From the NCBI GenBank assembly GCA_942491995.1, contig CALOCX010000017.1, forward strand, positions 309,919 to 373,918: DNA of 64,000 nt, read 5' to 3'. Below the pieces are notes generated by a model. It made no database searches, was not told the DNA's origin, and worked only from the letters and a program-made list of their open reading frames with translations. The stretch comes from an uncultured Gammaproteobacteria bacterium (lineage in GTDB: Bacteria; Pseudomonadota; Gammaproteobacteria; UBA9214). Of the stretch, positions 17,106 through 28,718 are shown piece by piece; position 1 is the first letter of the stretch, and each line of letters opens with the position of its first letter. The translations under genes were made by a program, and so were the position numbers.

Positions 17106-19277
17106 TCAGGCGCCGACGTTTTCCAGATTCGCGTAGGCCAGCACCAGCCACTTGCTGCCGGCGGTTGAGAAATTGACCTGCACGCGGGCATGGCTGCCCT
17201 GCCCTTCGCAGTTAGTGACCACGCCGTCACCAAACTTCTGATGGCGAACATGCTGTCCGAGGCGCAGGCCGCCCGCGGACGTTGCGTGTCTACCCGTTGA
17301 CACAGGCGGCCGTGACTCGCGCGGCATGCTGATTCCGGGACGTGGCCGGATTTCCTCAATCAGCGCCTTGGGAATTTCATCAATAAAACGGGACGGCATG
17401 CAGTAGGTCTCCGAACCGAACAGGCGTCGCCGTTCAGCACAACTCAACACCAGCTGCTGTCGTGCGCGGGTAATACCGACATAGCAAAGCCGGCGCTCTT
17501 CCTCCAGCTTCCCCGGCTCGGCGACGGAACGCTGGTGCGGAAACAGACCCTCTTCCATACCACATAGAAATACCAGCGGAAACTCCAGCCCCTTGGCGGA
17601 ATGCAGCGTCATTAACTGCACACAGTCTTCCCAGGCATCTGCCTGCCCCTCGCCCGCTTCCAGCGATGCATGCGCAAGAAACTCGGACAAGGGCTCCATG
17701 TCGCTGTCCGGGTCTGCCTCGTACTCCTGTGCAGCATTCACCAGTTCCTGCAGGTTTTCCAGACGTGTCTGACCCTTCTCGCCTTTTTCTCGTGCAAAGT
17801 GATCAAGCAGACCGCTGGGGTGCATGACGTGTTCGACCTGCTCACCCAGTGGCAGCTTGCCCATTCCTGCCGACAGTTCATCTATGAGTTGCAGGAATAC
17901 CAGTACGGCATTGCAGGCGCGCGCCGCGAGCAGTTTCTCGTTGACCACGGTAATGGCGGCCTGCCACAGGGAACTGCTGTCATCCCTGGCACGTTGCCGG
18001 ATGGCCTCCACGGTACGTCCGCCAATGCCACGCGGTGGCTGATTGACGACGCGCTCAAAGGACGCATCATCATCACGATTGCGTGTCAGCCGCAGGTAGG
18101 CGAGTGCATCCTTGATTTCCGCGCGCTCGAAAAAGCGCAGACCGCCATACACACGGTAGGGCATACCGCATTGCATGAGGCGTTCCTCAAACACGCGTGA
18201 TTGCGCATTGGAGCGATACAGGATCGCGATATCGCTGCGGGCACCGCCCTTGTCAACGCAATCCTCGATGCGGTCGACAACAAATCGCGCTTCATCCTGT
18301 TCGTTGTAGGCGGTGTAGAGCTGGATCGGCTCGCCGTCATGGCCGTCCGTCCACAATTGCTTGCCCATGCGATCGGCATTGTTCTCGATCACGGCATTGG
18401 CGGCATTAAGGATATTTGCCGTAGATCGGTAATTCTGTTCCAGCCTGACGACGCGCGTGTTCTTGAAGTCCTTCTGGTAACTGAGGATGTTTTCGACCCG
18501 TGCACCGCGCCAGCCATAGATGGACTGGTCATCATCGCCGACGACCGTGATATTCGCGTTCTCACCGGCCAGCATACGCAACCAGGCATACTGCACGGCA
18601 TTGGTGTCCTGAAACTCGTCCACCAGGATGTGATGAAAACGCTGCCGGTAGTGGTCCAGCAGCGCCGGGTACTTCAGCCACAGTTCGTGGGAGCGCAACA
18701 GCAACTCGGCAAAATCGACCAGCCCGGCACGCTGGCACAGCGCCTCGTAGGCAGCATAGATCTCCAGCTGCCGTTTCAAATAGGGATCATTGCGGTGTTC
18801 GATATGTTGCGGCCGGCGGCCTTCGTCCTTGCAGCTATTGATAAACCACTGCATCTGTTTCGGCGGCCACTTCGCCTCATCCAGTTCCATGGACTGCATG
18901 GCGCGTTTCACCAGCCGCAGTTGATCCTGTGAATCCAGTATCTGGAAACCCTGCGGCAGGCCGGCTTCCTGCCAGTGACTGCGCAACAGGCGGTGCGCAA
19001 GCCCGTGAAAGGTACCCACCCACATGCCGGATGCCGGCGCATTGATCATCGATTCAATACGGGCACGCATCTCACCGGCGGCCTTGTTGGTAAAGGTCAC
19101 CGCCAGTACCGCATACGGCGACAGACCCTCGACATCAATCAGCCAGGCAATGCGGTGCACCAGCACCCGTGTCTTGCCGCTACCGGCACCGGCCAGCACC
19201 AGCAACGGATCCGCCGGCGCGCACACCGCCTCGCGCTGGGCATCGTTCAGTGATTCAATAATTCGTGACACATCCAT
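17106..19277 (-). CDS. uvrD: DNA helicase II
   Basis: LAGAGSGKT, VDEFQDTN, VVGDDDQSIY, QNYRST, TLHSAKGLEF, EEERRLCYVGITRA, C-terminal Tudor-like domain. Confidence 0.95.
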   Translation of the reverse strand: MDVSRIIESLNDAQREAVCAPADPLLVLAGAGSGKTRVLVHRIAWLIDVEGLSPYAVLAVTFTNKAAGEMRARIESMINAPASGMWVGTFHGLAHRLLRSHWQEAGLPQGFQILDSQDQLRLVKRAMQSMELDEAKWPPKQMQWFINSCKDEGRRPQHIEHRNDPYLKRQLEIYAAYEALCQRAGLVDFAELLLRSHELWLKYPALLDHYRQRFHHILVDEFQDTNAVQYAWLRMLAGENANITVVGDDDQSIYGWRGARVENILSYQKDFKNTRVVRLEQNYRSTANILNAANAVIENNADRMGKQLWTDGHDGEPIQLYTAYNEQDEARFVVDRIEDCVDKGGARSDIAILYRSNAQSRVFEERLMQCGMPYRVYGGLRFFERAEIKDALAYLRLTRNRDDDASFERVVNQPPRGIGGRTVEAIRQRARDDSSSLWQAAITVVNEKLLAARACNAVLVFLQLIDELSAGMGKLPLGEQVEHVMHPSGLLDHFAREKGEKGQTRLENLQELVNAAQEYEADPDSDMEPLSEFLAHASLEAGEGQADAWEDCVQLMTLHSAKGLEFPLVFLCGMEEGLFPHQRSVAEPGKLEEERRLCYVGITRARQQLVLSCAERRRLFGSETYCMPSRFIDEIPKALIEEIRPRPGISMPRESRPPVSTGRHATSAGGLRLGQHVRHQKFGDGVVTNCEGQGSHARVQVNFSTAGSKWLVLAYANLENVGA

Positions 19278-19485
19278 GGCTGGTGATTCTAGCAAATCGC
19301 CCTTGTGACCGTATGCCGGTATTCTGTGGTCTGGTGTCCTACACTTGGGGTATTCCTTGCGATACAGGAATGATTCTGATACTTATTGTGCGCGTGGCCG
19401 TCGGGATTTTTCCAGTTCGATTGATTTTCTCTACAGTCCATTGCACATATTCTAATCGACAGGATGGATTGATGATGGAGCATCC

Positions 19486-19947
19486 ATGGCAACAATACTG
19501 ATTCTGCTGGTTATCGTCGTCATCATTGCCGGACTGCTATGGATGGCCCGGGGCAAACAGCCACCCACACGTCGCCGCGTCACCCGTATACAGAAATACG
19601 ACACGGTGGGTGCCAACGAGGATGCCAGGGCACAGCTCGGTGGCCTCGAAAAATTAAAAAATAACGAACAGTTCTGGGGGCTTGAAATGGGTCAACCGGG
19701 CTGCGAGGCGGCCCAGGCAATACTGGGCAGACAATATACCTTTGATGAAGCGCCACAGCTGCCACTGGAGGGCTGCACTTCCGCCATGTGTACCTGTCAG
19801 TTCAAGGGACTGAAAAACCAGCGCACACAGCATCGGCGCAAACTTGCAGAGCGTCGGGTTGAGGTACGTTTTGAGAAGGACAAGACTGACCGCCGGTCAC
19901 ACAAGAACCGGCGGCGCAGTGATAGTTGGAACGATCACACGCTCTGA
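19486..19947 (+). CDS. Membrane-anchored hypothetical protein with Cys cluster and Arg-rich tail
   Basis: N-terminal TM helix; GCEAAQ...LPLEGCTSAMCTC; RR/ERR/DRR repeats. Confidence 0.7.
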   Translation: MATILILLVIVVIIAGLLWMARGKQPPTRRRVTRIQKYDTVGANEDARAQLGGLEKLKNNEQFWGLEMGQPGCEAAQAILGRQYTFDEAPQLPLEGCTSAMCTCQFKGLKNQRTQHRRKLAERRVEVRFEKDKTDRRSHKNRRRSDSWNDHTL

Positions 19948-19955
19948 AGCGGTAA

Positions 19956-20225
19956 TCAGGCGACCTGTGCCAGTAATTTCCTGTTCTTCGGGGAGTTCAG
20001 ATTGACGGTTCTTGGCTTGGAGCCGCCGAGATAGGCCTCCAGCGATACCACCGGTATCTGGGCCATGTCGACCAGCGGGTGCATCTGGCACTTTTCGCAG
20101 GCAATCAGCTTTGGTGGTGCGCCTGCCGGAGCCTTGCCGACCGGCCGCTCGCGCAGGTTCTTGCAAGTGGTGACACTCAGGTAGGCCTGCTGGGGAATGC
20201 AGTAAAACATTGAATCCATGTCCAA
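19956..20225 (-). CDS. Small hypothetical protein with four Cys (possible Zn finger)
   Basis: AGGAG RBS 7 nt before TTG 20225; YC...TTC...CEKC. Confidence 0.6.
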   Translation of the reverse strand: MDMDSMFYCIPQQAYLSVTTCKNLRERPVGKAPAGAPPKLIACEKCQMHPLVDMAQIPVVSLEAYLGGSKPRTVNLNSPKNRKLLAQVA

Positions 20226-20333
20226 ATCTCTACTCCTTTGTTACCCGCCCACAAGAAACGGGTAACGGGTATCTGTGCAATAAAACGTGAAATTCTATCA
20301 CACCGTGCGCTTGCGCGCAAACTATACTTTATA

Positions 20334-20346
20334 TATCAAATGCTTA
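20334..20346 (+). promoter_or_regulatory. IHF-consensus site
   Basis: TATCAAATGCTTA matches WATCAANNNNTTR exactly, within an AT-rich stretch 40 bp from a REP doublet. Confidence 0.45.
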
Positions 20347-20385
20347 GTCTACGTAAGGCTTTTTGCCGTGCGCCGGAGCCCTGCA

Positions 20386-20461
20386 GCAGGAGCGCCGTCC
20401 CCGGCGCGATTGATCTTACATTTGCAGCATTCCCGAATCGCGCCGGGGATGGCGCTCCTGC
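20386..20461. repeat. REP doublet (REPIN-like inverted repeat)
   Basis: 26-bp arms GCAGGAGCGCC(G/A)TCCCCGGCGCGATT in inverted orientation with 24-nt spacer, downstream of glmS. Confidence 0.85.
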
Positions 20462-20483
20462 CGGAACGTCCTGATCTTCTTGC

Positions 20484-22319
20484 TTATTCGACAGTGACCG
20501 ACTTGGCGAGATTACGCGGCTGATCAATATCCGTGCCCTTGAGCACTGCCACATGATAGGCCAGCAGCTGCAGCGGTACGGTGAAGATAATGGGCGCAAT
20601 GCTGTCCTCGGTAGGCGCGACCGGCAACGCAGTCACTCCGGGTGAACTGATCATGCCGACATTTGCATCTGCAAACACTATCAGTTCACCATCGCGGGCA
20701 CGCACTTCCTGCAGGTTGGACTTGAGCTTTTCCAGCAACTCGTTGTTGGGTGCAACCACCACAACCGGCATCTTGTCGTCCACCAGGGCCAGTGGACCGT
20801 GTTTCAACTCACCCGCCGGGTACGCCTCGGCGTGGATATAGGAGATTTCCTTGAGCTTCAGCGCGCCTTCCATGGCCACCGGGAACTGCGCACCGCGGCC
20901 GAGAAACAGGGCATTCTGCTTGTTGCCAAAATGGTCTCTGGCGAGCGTCCGGATCTGTTCATTCAGCGTCAGCACATGCTCCACCTTGCCCGGCAAACTG
21001 CGCAATTCATTCACCAGCTGTGCCTCGATTTCGCTGGTAATGCGATAACGCCGACCGAGAACGATCGTCAATAACATCATCACCACCAGTTGGGTAGTAA
21101 AGGCCTTGGTGGAAGCGACACCGATTTCCGGACCGGCGTGGGTCATCAATACCAGGTCGGATTCCCGTACCAGTGAACTTTCCGGGACATTACAGATGGC
21201 CAGTGAATGGCCGTAGCCAAGCCGCTTGGCCTCGCGCAGGCCGGCGAGGGTATCCGCAGTTTCACCGGACTGGGACAGGGTGACAATCAGGGAGTTGTTG
21301 CGCACCACCGGATGGCGATAGCGAAATTCGCTGGCAACCTCGACGCTGCAGGGAATACCGGCGATGGATTCCAGCCAGTAACGCCCGATCATGCCGGCAT
21401 GGTAACTGGTACCACAGGCGATGATGTGTACGCCGGCAACCTGATCGAAGATGCGGCTGGCATCAGCACCAAAGGCCTCCTCCATCACACGGTTCGCCCC
21501 GATTCTGCCTTCGAGGGTATCGGCAATGGCGCGTGGCTGCTCATAGATTTCCTTGAGCATGTAATGGTCGAAGCTACCCTTGTCGGTGGCATCGGCCGTC
21601 ACCCTTGAGGTCCGTACCGGACGCTCCACCTCCATACCACTGCTGTCGTAGATGGTCATGCCCTGAAAACTGATATCGGCGACATCACCATCTTCAAGGA
21701 AAACAAATTGCTGTGTCTCGGATACCAGCGCCGCAATATCGGACGCAATCAGCATTTCGCCGTCCGCAATCCCGATCACCAGCGGGCTGCCGCGACGCGC
21801 GGCAATCAGGCGGCCCTGTTCCTCCTTGTTGATGACCCCCAGCGCAAAGGCGCCCTCAAGGTCGGCCACCGTTGAACTGACAGCCGCCAGCAAGTCCTGC
21901 CCCTGACCGAGATAATGATGAATCTGGTGCACGATAACTTCAGTATCGGTCTGCGAGGTAAAACGGTAGCCAGCCTGCTGCTGCTGCGTACGCAGGGCAT
22001 CATGATTCTCGATAATGCCGTTATGCACCACCGCCACCCGCTCATGACACACGTGCGGATGGGCATTCTTTTCACTGGGTTCACCGTGGGTTGCCCAACG
22101 GGTATGCGCAATACCGGTCCGGCCAGTGATCGGGTTCTGTTCCAGCGCCCGTGTCAACTCGGCAACCTTGCCGACCTTGCGCACCCGCTCCAGCAGTGAC
22201 TGCTCGGTTTGCACGGCAACACCCGCCGAATCATAACCGCGGTATTCAAGCCGTTTCAGACCGTTAATCAACAGCGGTATAACATTTCGCTGCGCTGCAA
22301 CTCCCACGATTCCACACAT
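20484..22319 (-). CDS. glmS: Glutamine--fructose-6-phosphate aminotransferase
   Basis: MCGIVG start, EYRGYDSAG, HTRWATHG, SQSGET, ELKHGP, PRNLAKSVTVE. Confidence 0.98.
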   Translation of the reverse strand: MCGIVGVAAQRNVIPLLINGLKRLEYRGYDSAGVAVQTEQSLLERVRKVGKVAELTRALEQNPITGRTGIAHTRWATHGEPSEKNAHPHVCHERVAVVHNGIIENHDALRTQQQQAGYRFTSQTDTEVIVHQIHHYLGQGQDLLAAVSSTVADLEGAFALGVINKEEQGRLIAARRGSPLVIGIADGEMLIASDIAALVSETQQFVFLEDGDVADISFQGMTIYDSSGMEVERPVRTSRVTADATDKGSFDHYMLKEIYEQPRAIADTLEGRIGANRVMEEAFGADASRIFDQVAGVHIIACGTSYHAGMIGRYWLESIAGIPCSVEVASEFRYRHPVVRNNSLIVTLSQSGETADTLAGLREAKRLGYGHSLAICNVPESSLVRESDLVLMTHAGPEIGVASTKAFTTQLVVMMLLTIVLGRRYRITSEIEAQLVNELRSLPGKVEHVLTLNEQIRTLARDHFGNKQNALFLGRGAQFPVAMEGALKLKEISYIHAEAYPAGELKHGPLALVDDKMPVVVVAPNNELLEKLKSNLQEVRARDGELIVFADANVGMISSPGVTALPVAPTEDSIAPIIFTVPLQLLAYHVAVLKGTDIDQPRNLAKSVTVE

Positions 22320-22323
22320 TAAG

Positions 22324-23694
22324 CTATCCTTTAGGTTGTTTCACCGGGCGTTTCCAGCCGGTACGGGTTTTCTGTGGCGCACGACTCAGGGTCAGCTCGT
22401 GTGCCGGTGCATCCTGTGTGATGGTTGAACCGGCACCGATGGTGGCGCCGTCCCTGATCTCGACCGGTGCGACCAGTTGGGTATCCGAGCCAATGAACAC
22501 ATCATCGCCTATGACGGTGCGGTGCTTGTTGGCTCCGTCGTAATTGCAGGTAATGGTGCCGGCTCCGATGTTCACACCGCGCCCGACGGTGGTATCACCA
22601 ACATAGCTGAGATGGTTGATCTTGGAACCTTCACCGATCTCGGATTTCTTGATCTCGACAAAGTTGCCAATGTGTGTGGCGGCCGCCAGTGAGGTCTCCG
22701 GGCGCAGCCTTGCAAACGGACCGATACGGCTGCCGGCACCGATGACCGCGTCCTCGATGACACAGTTTGCCAGGATGGTCACATCGTCGCCAACAGAGGC
22801 ATTACGCAGGGAAACATTGGGACCGATGCTGACACGGTCTCCCAGGGTAACCTGCCCTTCCAGTACTGCATTAATATCGATCACAACATCCTGGCCGGCC
22901 TCGAGACGCCCGCGCAGATCGAAGCGCGCCGGATCGATCAGGGTAACGCCGGCAAGCAGGCAGGCTTCGGCCTGACGCTGCTGGAAACAGCGCTCCTGTA
23001 CCGCCAGTTGCTTGCGGTCATTGATACCCATCACTTCATCGATATTGTCCGTCGTTATACCACGGACACTGGTGCCCTCGGTAACGGCACGCGCAATGAC
23101 ATCGGTCAGGTAAAACTCGCCCTGCGCATTGTTGTTATCCAGCGCAGCCAGCCAGCCTCGCAGGCGTGCGGCCGGCGCTGCCAGAAAACCGGTATTGATT
23201 TCATGTATGGCACGCTGTTTCCGGGAGGCATCCTTTTCTTCCACGATGCCGGAGATGCTGCCGTCGGCATGGTGCAGGATACGACCATAACCGGAGGGAT
23301 CATCCAGTTCAGCCGACAGCAAGGCCGCCATCCCCTGCGCTGCCATCAGGCAGAGCGGCTCCAGCGTCTGCTTGCTGATCAGCGGGACATCGCCGTACAT
23401 CACCAGCACCGTGTTTTCGTCCGGCACGGCCGGCATTGCCTGGGCCACGGCATGACCGGTACCGAGCTGCTGTTCCTGCAGCACCCACTGGATATCAGCC
23501 TCCGGCAGCACGGCACGCACCTGCTCGGCGCCATGACCGATGACGACATGAATATCCGTAGCGTGCAGCGAGCGTGCGGTATCCAGCACATGCGCCAGCA
23601 GCGGCCGCCCACCCAGCGGGTGCAGCACTTTTGGACGCGCGGAATTCATACGGGTTCCCTGGCCTGCAGCCAGAATGATGATGCTTAGTTTCAT
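22324..23694 (-). CDS. glmU: Bifunctional UDP-GlcNAc pyrophosphorylase / GlcN-1-P acetyltransferase
   Basis: LAAGQGTRM, QLGTGHAV, hexapeptide repeats, ITCNYDGANK. Confidence 0.98.
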   Translation of the reverse strand: MKLSIIILAAGQGTRMNSARPKVLHPLGGRPLLAHVLDTARSLHATDIHVVIGHGAEQVRAVLPEADIQWVLQEQQLGTGHAVAQAMPAVPDENTVLVMYGDVPLISKQTLEPLCLMAAQGMAALLSAELDDPSGYGRILHHADGSISGIVEEKDASRKQRAIHEINTGFLAAPAARLRGWLAALDNNNAQGEFYLTDVIARAVTEGTSVRGITTDNIDEVMGINDRKQLAVQERCFQQRQAEACLLAGVTLIDPARFDLRGRLEAGQDVVIDINAVLEGQVTLGDRVSIGPNVSLRNASVGDDVTILANCVIEDAVIGAGSRIGPFARLRPETSLAAATHIGNFVEIKKSEIGEGSKINHLSYVGDTTVGRGVNIGAGTITCNYDGANKHRTVIGDDVFIGSDTQLVAPVEIRDGATIGAGSTITQDAPAHELTLSRAPQKTRTGWKRPVKQPKG

Positions 23695-23790
23695 GCGGAA
23701 TAACTTATCAAATCAATACACGAAATTAACGGCATTAATTTGTCAATCTGGAATGCTGGCGATCATAGCATGACCACCGCACTGTCAGTG

Positions 23791-24279
23791 TCAGTGCAGA
23801 ACCGGTGTCTGCATGGCGGCAACACCGTTTTCCAGTTCATCCGGGGTGGCATCGCGGATATCGACGACCTTTATCCTGAAGGTAATGACCTTGCCGGCCA
23901 TCGGGTGGTTGCCATCGACAGTCAGCTTGCCGTCCTCGATATGGGTCACGGTAAATGTCCTGGACTCGCCCTTGTCATTCATCATTTCTACCTGGGCGCC
24001 AATGCGCTGAAATTCAGGCGGGACATTTTCAATATCATCCGTATAGGTCAGCTCCGGGTCATGCTGCCCGAAAGCCTCTTCCGGAGTCAACGACACTTCG
24101 ACAGAATCGTCAATGACGCTGCCATCGAGTTCATCGACGACCTTTTCAAACAGGTCATGTTTGCCGCCGTGGACATAACTGATCGGCAGATCGGACTGTT
24201 CCAGCAACTCGCCATCCTTGTCGACAATCGAGTAGGTGAATGATACCACCTTGTTTTTCTCGACGAACTGTTCGGTCAT
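23791..24279 (-). CDS. slyD: FKBP-type peptidyl-prolyl isomerase, SlyD-like without the His-rich tail
   Basis: VVSFTY, PEEAFG, VDGNHPMAGK, IRDATPDEL; TGATG overlap with atpC. Confidence 0.8.
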   Translation of the reverse strand: MTEQFVEKNKVVSFTYSIVDKDGELLEQSDLPISYVHGGKHDLFEKVVDELDGSVIDDSVEVSLTPEEAFGQHDPELTYTDDIENVPPEFQRIGAQVEMMNDKGESRTFTVTHIEDGKLTVDGNHPMAGKVITFRIKVVDIRDATPDELENGVAAMQTPVLH

Positions 24280-24698
24280 CAGCTTCTTTCGCGCAGCTTC
24301 TTGATTGCTGCCAGCTGTGCAATAGACTGCGCCAGTTCGGCCTGTGCCTTGGCATAATCGATGTCGGCACTCTTGTCGGAGAGCATTTTTTCCGCCCGCC
24401 CCTTGGCCTCCATGGCCTGTGCCTCATCAAGGTCATCTGCACGAATTGCAGTATCGGCCAGCACCGTGATGATATGCGGCTGCACTTCCAGCATGCCGCC
24501 AGAGACAAAGAATGACAGCTCATCGCCTTGCTGCGTTTGTACCCGCACTTCACCTGGCTTCAGGCGGGTCACCAGCGGCGCATGGCGCGGCGCGATACCG
24601 ACCTCGCCCATCTCTGCTGGTGCAAATACCATCGTCGCCGTGCCAGAGAAAATTTCTTCCTCGGCGCTGACGATGTCAACGTGCAGTGTCATGGCCAT
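24279..24698 (-). CDS. atpC: F1 ATP synthase epsilon subunit
   Basis: [30 protein letters not shown]. Confidence 0.97.
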   Translation of the reverse strand: MAMTLHVDIVSAEEEIFSGTATMVFAPAEMGEVGIAPRHAPLVTRLKPGEVRVQTQQGDELSFFVSGGMLEVQPHIITVLADTAIRADDLDEAQAMEAKGRAEKMLSDKSADIDYAKAQAELAQSIAQLAAIKKLRERS

Positions 24699-24710
24699 TT
24701 ATGCTTTTCC

Positions 24711-26105
<1,395 letters not shown>

Positions 26106-26121
26106 TTAATCTTCTTTAACC

Positions 26122-26189
26122 GCAGGAGTGGATCACATCCACATTTCGCAACTGCTTGAATTACAAGCGCGTCTGCGAAGCGCTCCTGC
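26122..26189. repeat. Degenerate REP-like doublet in the atpG-atpD spacer
   Basis: Both outward ends read GCAGGAG followed by a short hairpin (GTGGAT-cac-ATCCAC on +; imperfect GCGCT-tcgc-AGACGC on -). Confidence 0.5.
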
Positions 26190-26212
26190 AGAAATAAATT
26201 TATATTCCTGTG

Positions 26213-27073
26213 CTAAACCGCCGCGGCACCACTGACAATTTCCGAGATTTCCTGGGTAATCGCCGCCTGGCGTGCCTTGTTGTAAATCAACTGCAGCTCG
26301 TCAATCAGGTCATCTGCATTATCCGTCGCCGACTTCATGGCCACCATGCGTGCGGCCTGTTCGCAGGCCACATTTTCAACCACGCCCTGGTACACCAGTG
26401 ACTCGATATAGCGAATCATCAGCGCATCCATCACCGGCCTGGAGTCCGGTTCGTAAATATAGTCCCAGTGATCCTTCAATGCCTCGTCGGGCTCGGCCGC
26501 CACCGGGATCAGCTGTTTCAGCACCGGATTCAGCGTCATGGTGTTTACAAACTGGTTATGCGCGAGGTAGAGGCGATCAATGCTGCCCGCTTCATACGCA
26601 TCGAGCATGACCTTGACGGTACCGATCAACTCGACGATCGACGGGGCATCACCCAGGTGAGTCGCGGTGGCGACGATATTGCCACCGAGGCGCTTGAAAA
26701 AGGACCCGGCCTTGGTGCCAAGCAGGGTCAGGTCAATCTCCAGTCCGGCGGCATCCCATTCCTTCATGGCACTAATGACGGATTTGAACAGGTTGATGTT
26801 CAAACCGCCGCAGAGACCCCGGTCAGTGGAAATAACGATCAGACCGATGCGTTTTGCATCCCGCTGTACCAGGTAAGGATGGTGGTATTCCGGATGCGCC
26901 TGTGAGAGGTGATCGACCACGTTCTGGATCTTGTCCGCATAGGGTCGCGTCGCCAGCATGCGATCCTGTGCCCTGCGCATCTTGCTCGCAGCCACCATTT
27001 CCATCGCCTTGGTGATCTTCTGCGTGCCCTTGATGCTCGCAACCTGTGTGCGGATTTCCTTCGAGCCTGCCAT
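26213..27073 (-). CDS. atpG: F1 ATP synthase gamma subunit
   Basis: [35 protein letters not shown]. Confidence 0.99.
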   Translation of the reverse strand: MAGSKEIRTQVASIKGTQKITKAMEMVAASKMRRAQDRMLATRPYADKIQNVVDHLSQAHPEYHHPYLVQRDAKRIGLIVISTDRGLCGGLNINLFKSVISAMKEWDAAGLEIDLTLLGTKAGSFFKRLGGNIVATATHLGDAPSIVELIGTVKVMLDAYEAGSIDRLYLAHNQFVNTMTLNPVLKQLIPVAAEPDEALKDHWDYIYEPDSRPVMDALMIRYIESLVYQGVVENVACEQAARMVAMKSATDNADDLIDELQLIYNKARQAAITQEISEIVSGAAAV

Positions 27074-27121
27074 GTTCTATCCTGTCATCCTCTTTATCTG
27101 TTTGCCTGGTTTCTCTGCCCG

Positions 27122-28663
27122 CTACCAGGTACCGCTAGCCTTGAAATCCTCAATGGCAGCACGCAGGTCCGCCTCGATCTCGTCGTTCAAGTCGCCGGAC
27201 TCATTGATCTTGTCCATCAGCTCCGTCTGGCTGGCACGCATGTAACCGTGCATGGCATGTTCGAAGTCGAGCACCTTTTCAATCTCAACGTCATCAATGT
27301 ATCCCTGGTCCGCGGCAAACAGCGACACCGCCATTTCGGCAACCGACAGAGGCGAATACTGCTTCTGCTTCATCAGCTCGGTGACGCGTTGCCCGCGTTC
27401 CAGCTGCTTGCGGGTGGCCTCGTCAAGGTCCGAGGCAAACTGCGAAAACGCCGCCAGTTCGCGGTACTGTGCCAGAGCCATGCGCACACCGCCGCCGAGC
27501 TTCTTGATGATCTTGGTCTGGGCCGCGCCGCCGACACGCGACACCGACAGGCCGGCGTTGATGGCAGGGCGAATACCGGCGTTGAACAGGTCGGACTCGA
27601 GGAAGATCTGGCCATCGGTAATGGAAATCACGTTGGTGGGCACGAAGGCCGAGACGTCACCCGCCTGTGTCTCGATGATCGGCAACGCCGTCAGGGAACC
27701 GGTCTTGCCCTTTACCGCCCCGTTGGTGAGCTTTTCCACCTCGACGGCATTGATGCGCGCAGCACGCTCCAGCAGGCGCGAGTGCAGGTAGAAGACGTCG
27801 CCCGGATAGGCTTCACGGCCCGGTGGACGCCGCAGCAACAGGGAGACCTGGCGGTAGGCCCAGGCCTGCTTGGTGAGATCGTCATAGATAATCAGGGCAT
27901 CCTCGCCGCGATCGCGGAAGTACTCGCCCATGGAACAACCGGCATACGGGGCGATATACTGCATGGCCGCCGATGCGGCTGCCGCCGCAGCGACGACAAT
28001 GGTGTGCTCCATGGCACCATGCTCTTCCAGCTTGCGCACCAGGGTCGCAATCGAGGAATTCTTCTGGCCAACGGCGACGTAGATACACTTCACGCCGGTG
28101 CCCTTCTGGTTGATGATGGTGTCGATGGCCACAGCGGTCTTGCCGGTCTGACGGTCACCGATGATCAACTCGCGCTGACCGCGGCCAATCGGCACCATGG
28201 AGTCGATCGCCTTGAGTCCCGTTTGCACCGGCTCATCGACCGACTGGCGGGCAATCACGCCCGGCGCAATCTTTTCAATCGGCGCTGTCTCGGTGGCCTC
28301 GATCGGGCCCTTGCCGTCAATGGGATTACCCAGGGAATCCACCACCCTGCCCAGCAAGGCCTCACCCACCGGCACCTCGAGGATGCGACCGGTACACTTG
28401 ACACTCTCACCTTCGGTGAGTGTCTTGTAGTCGCCGAGAATCACCGCGCCAACGGAATCCCGCTCCAGGTTCAGCGCCATGCCGAATACATTGCCGGGGA
28501 ATTCCAGCATTTCACCCTGCATCACATCGGCGAGGCCGTGGATACGCGCGATACCGTCACTCAGACTGACCACCGTACCCTCCGTGCGTGCCTCGGACAC
28601 GACGTCGAATTGCTCGATGCGGCTCTTGATCAGTTCGCTGATTTCAGTCGGATTGAGTTGCAT
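27122..28663 (-). CDS. atpA: F1 ATP synthase alpha subunit
   Basis: [30 protein letters not shown]. Confidence 0.99.
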   Translation of the reverse strand: MQLNPTEISELIKSRIEQFDVVSEARTEGTVVSLSDGIARIHGLADVMQGEMLEFPGNVFGMALNLERDSVGAVILGDYKTLTEGESVKCTGRILEVPVGEALLGRVVDSLGNPIDGKGPIEATETAPIEKIAPGVIARQSVDEPVQTGLKAIDSMVPIGRGQRELIIGDRQTGKTAVAIDTIINQKGTGVKCIYVAVGQKNSSIATLVRKLEEHGAMEHTIVVAAAAAASAAMQYIAPYAGCSMGEYFRDRGEDALIIYDDLTKQAWAYRQVSLLLRRPPGREAYPGDVFYLHSRLLERAARINAVEVEKLTNGAVKGKTGSLTALPIIETQAGDVSAFVPTNVISITDGQIFLESDLFNAGIRPAINAGLSVSRVGGAAQTKIIKKLGGGVRMALAQYRELAAFSQFASDLDEATRKQLERGQRVTELMKQKQYSPLSVAEMAVSLFAADQGYIDDVEIEKVLDFEHAMHGYMRASQTELMDKINESGDLNDEIEADLRAAIEDFKASGTW

Positions 28664-28718
28664 AGTGTTTACCTTGAATAAGCTTTTATCTTGAAAAAAT
28701 GAGGCATCAGTGCGCCTG

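Noticed and set aside
17063-17359. N-terminal extension of the DUF3108-like ORF
   Set aside because: Overlaps the uvrD 3' end in another frame; a good RBS and GTG exist at 17062.
20286-20303. CRP-like CGTGA-N7-TCACA
   Set aside because: Spacer is 7 rather than 6 nt.
26909-28681. 590-aa + strand ORF antisense to atpA
   Set aside because: Shadow ORF from codon bias of a conserved high-GC gene; no recognisable motifs.
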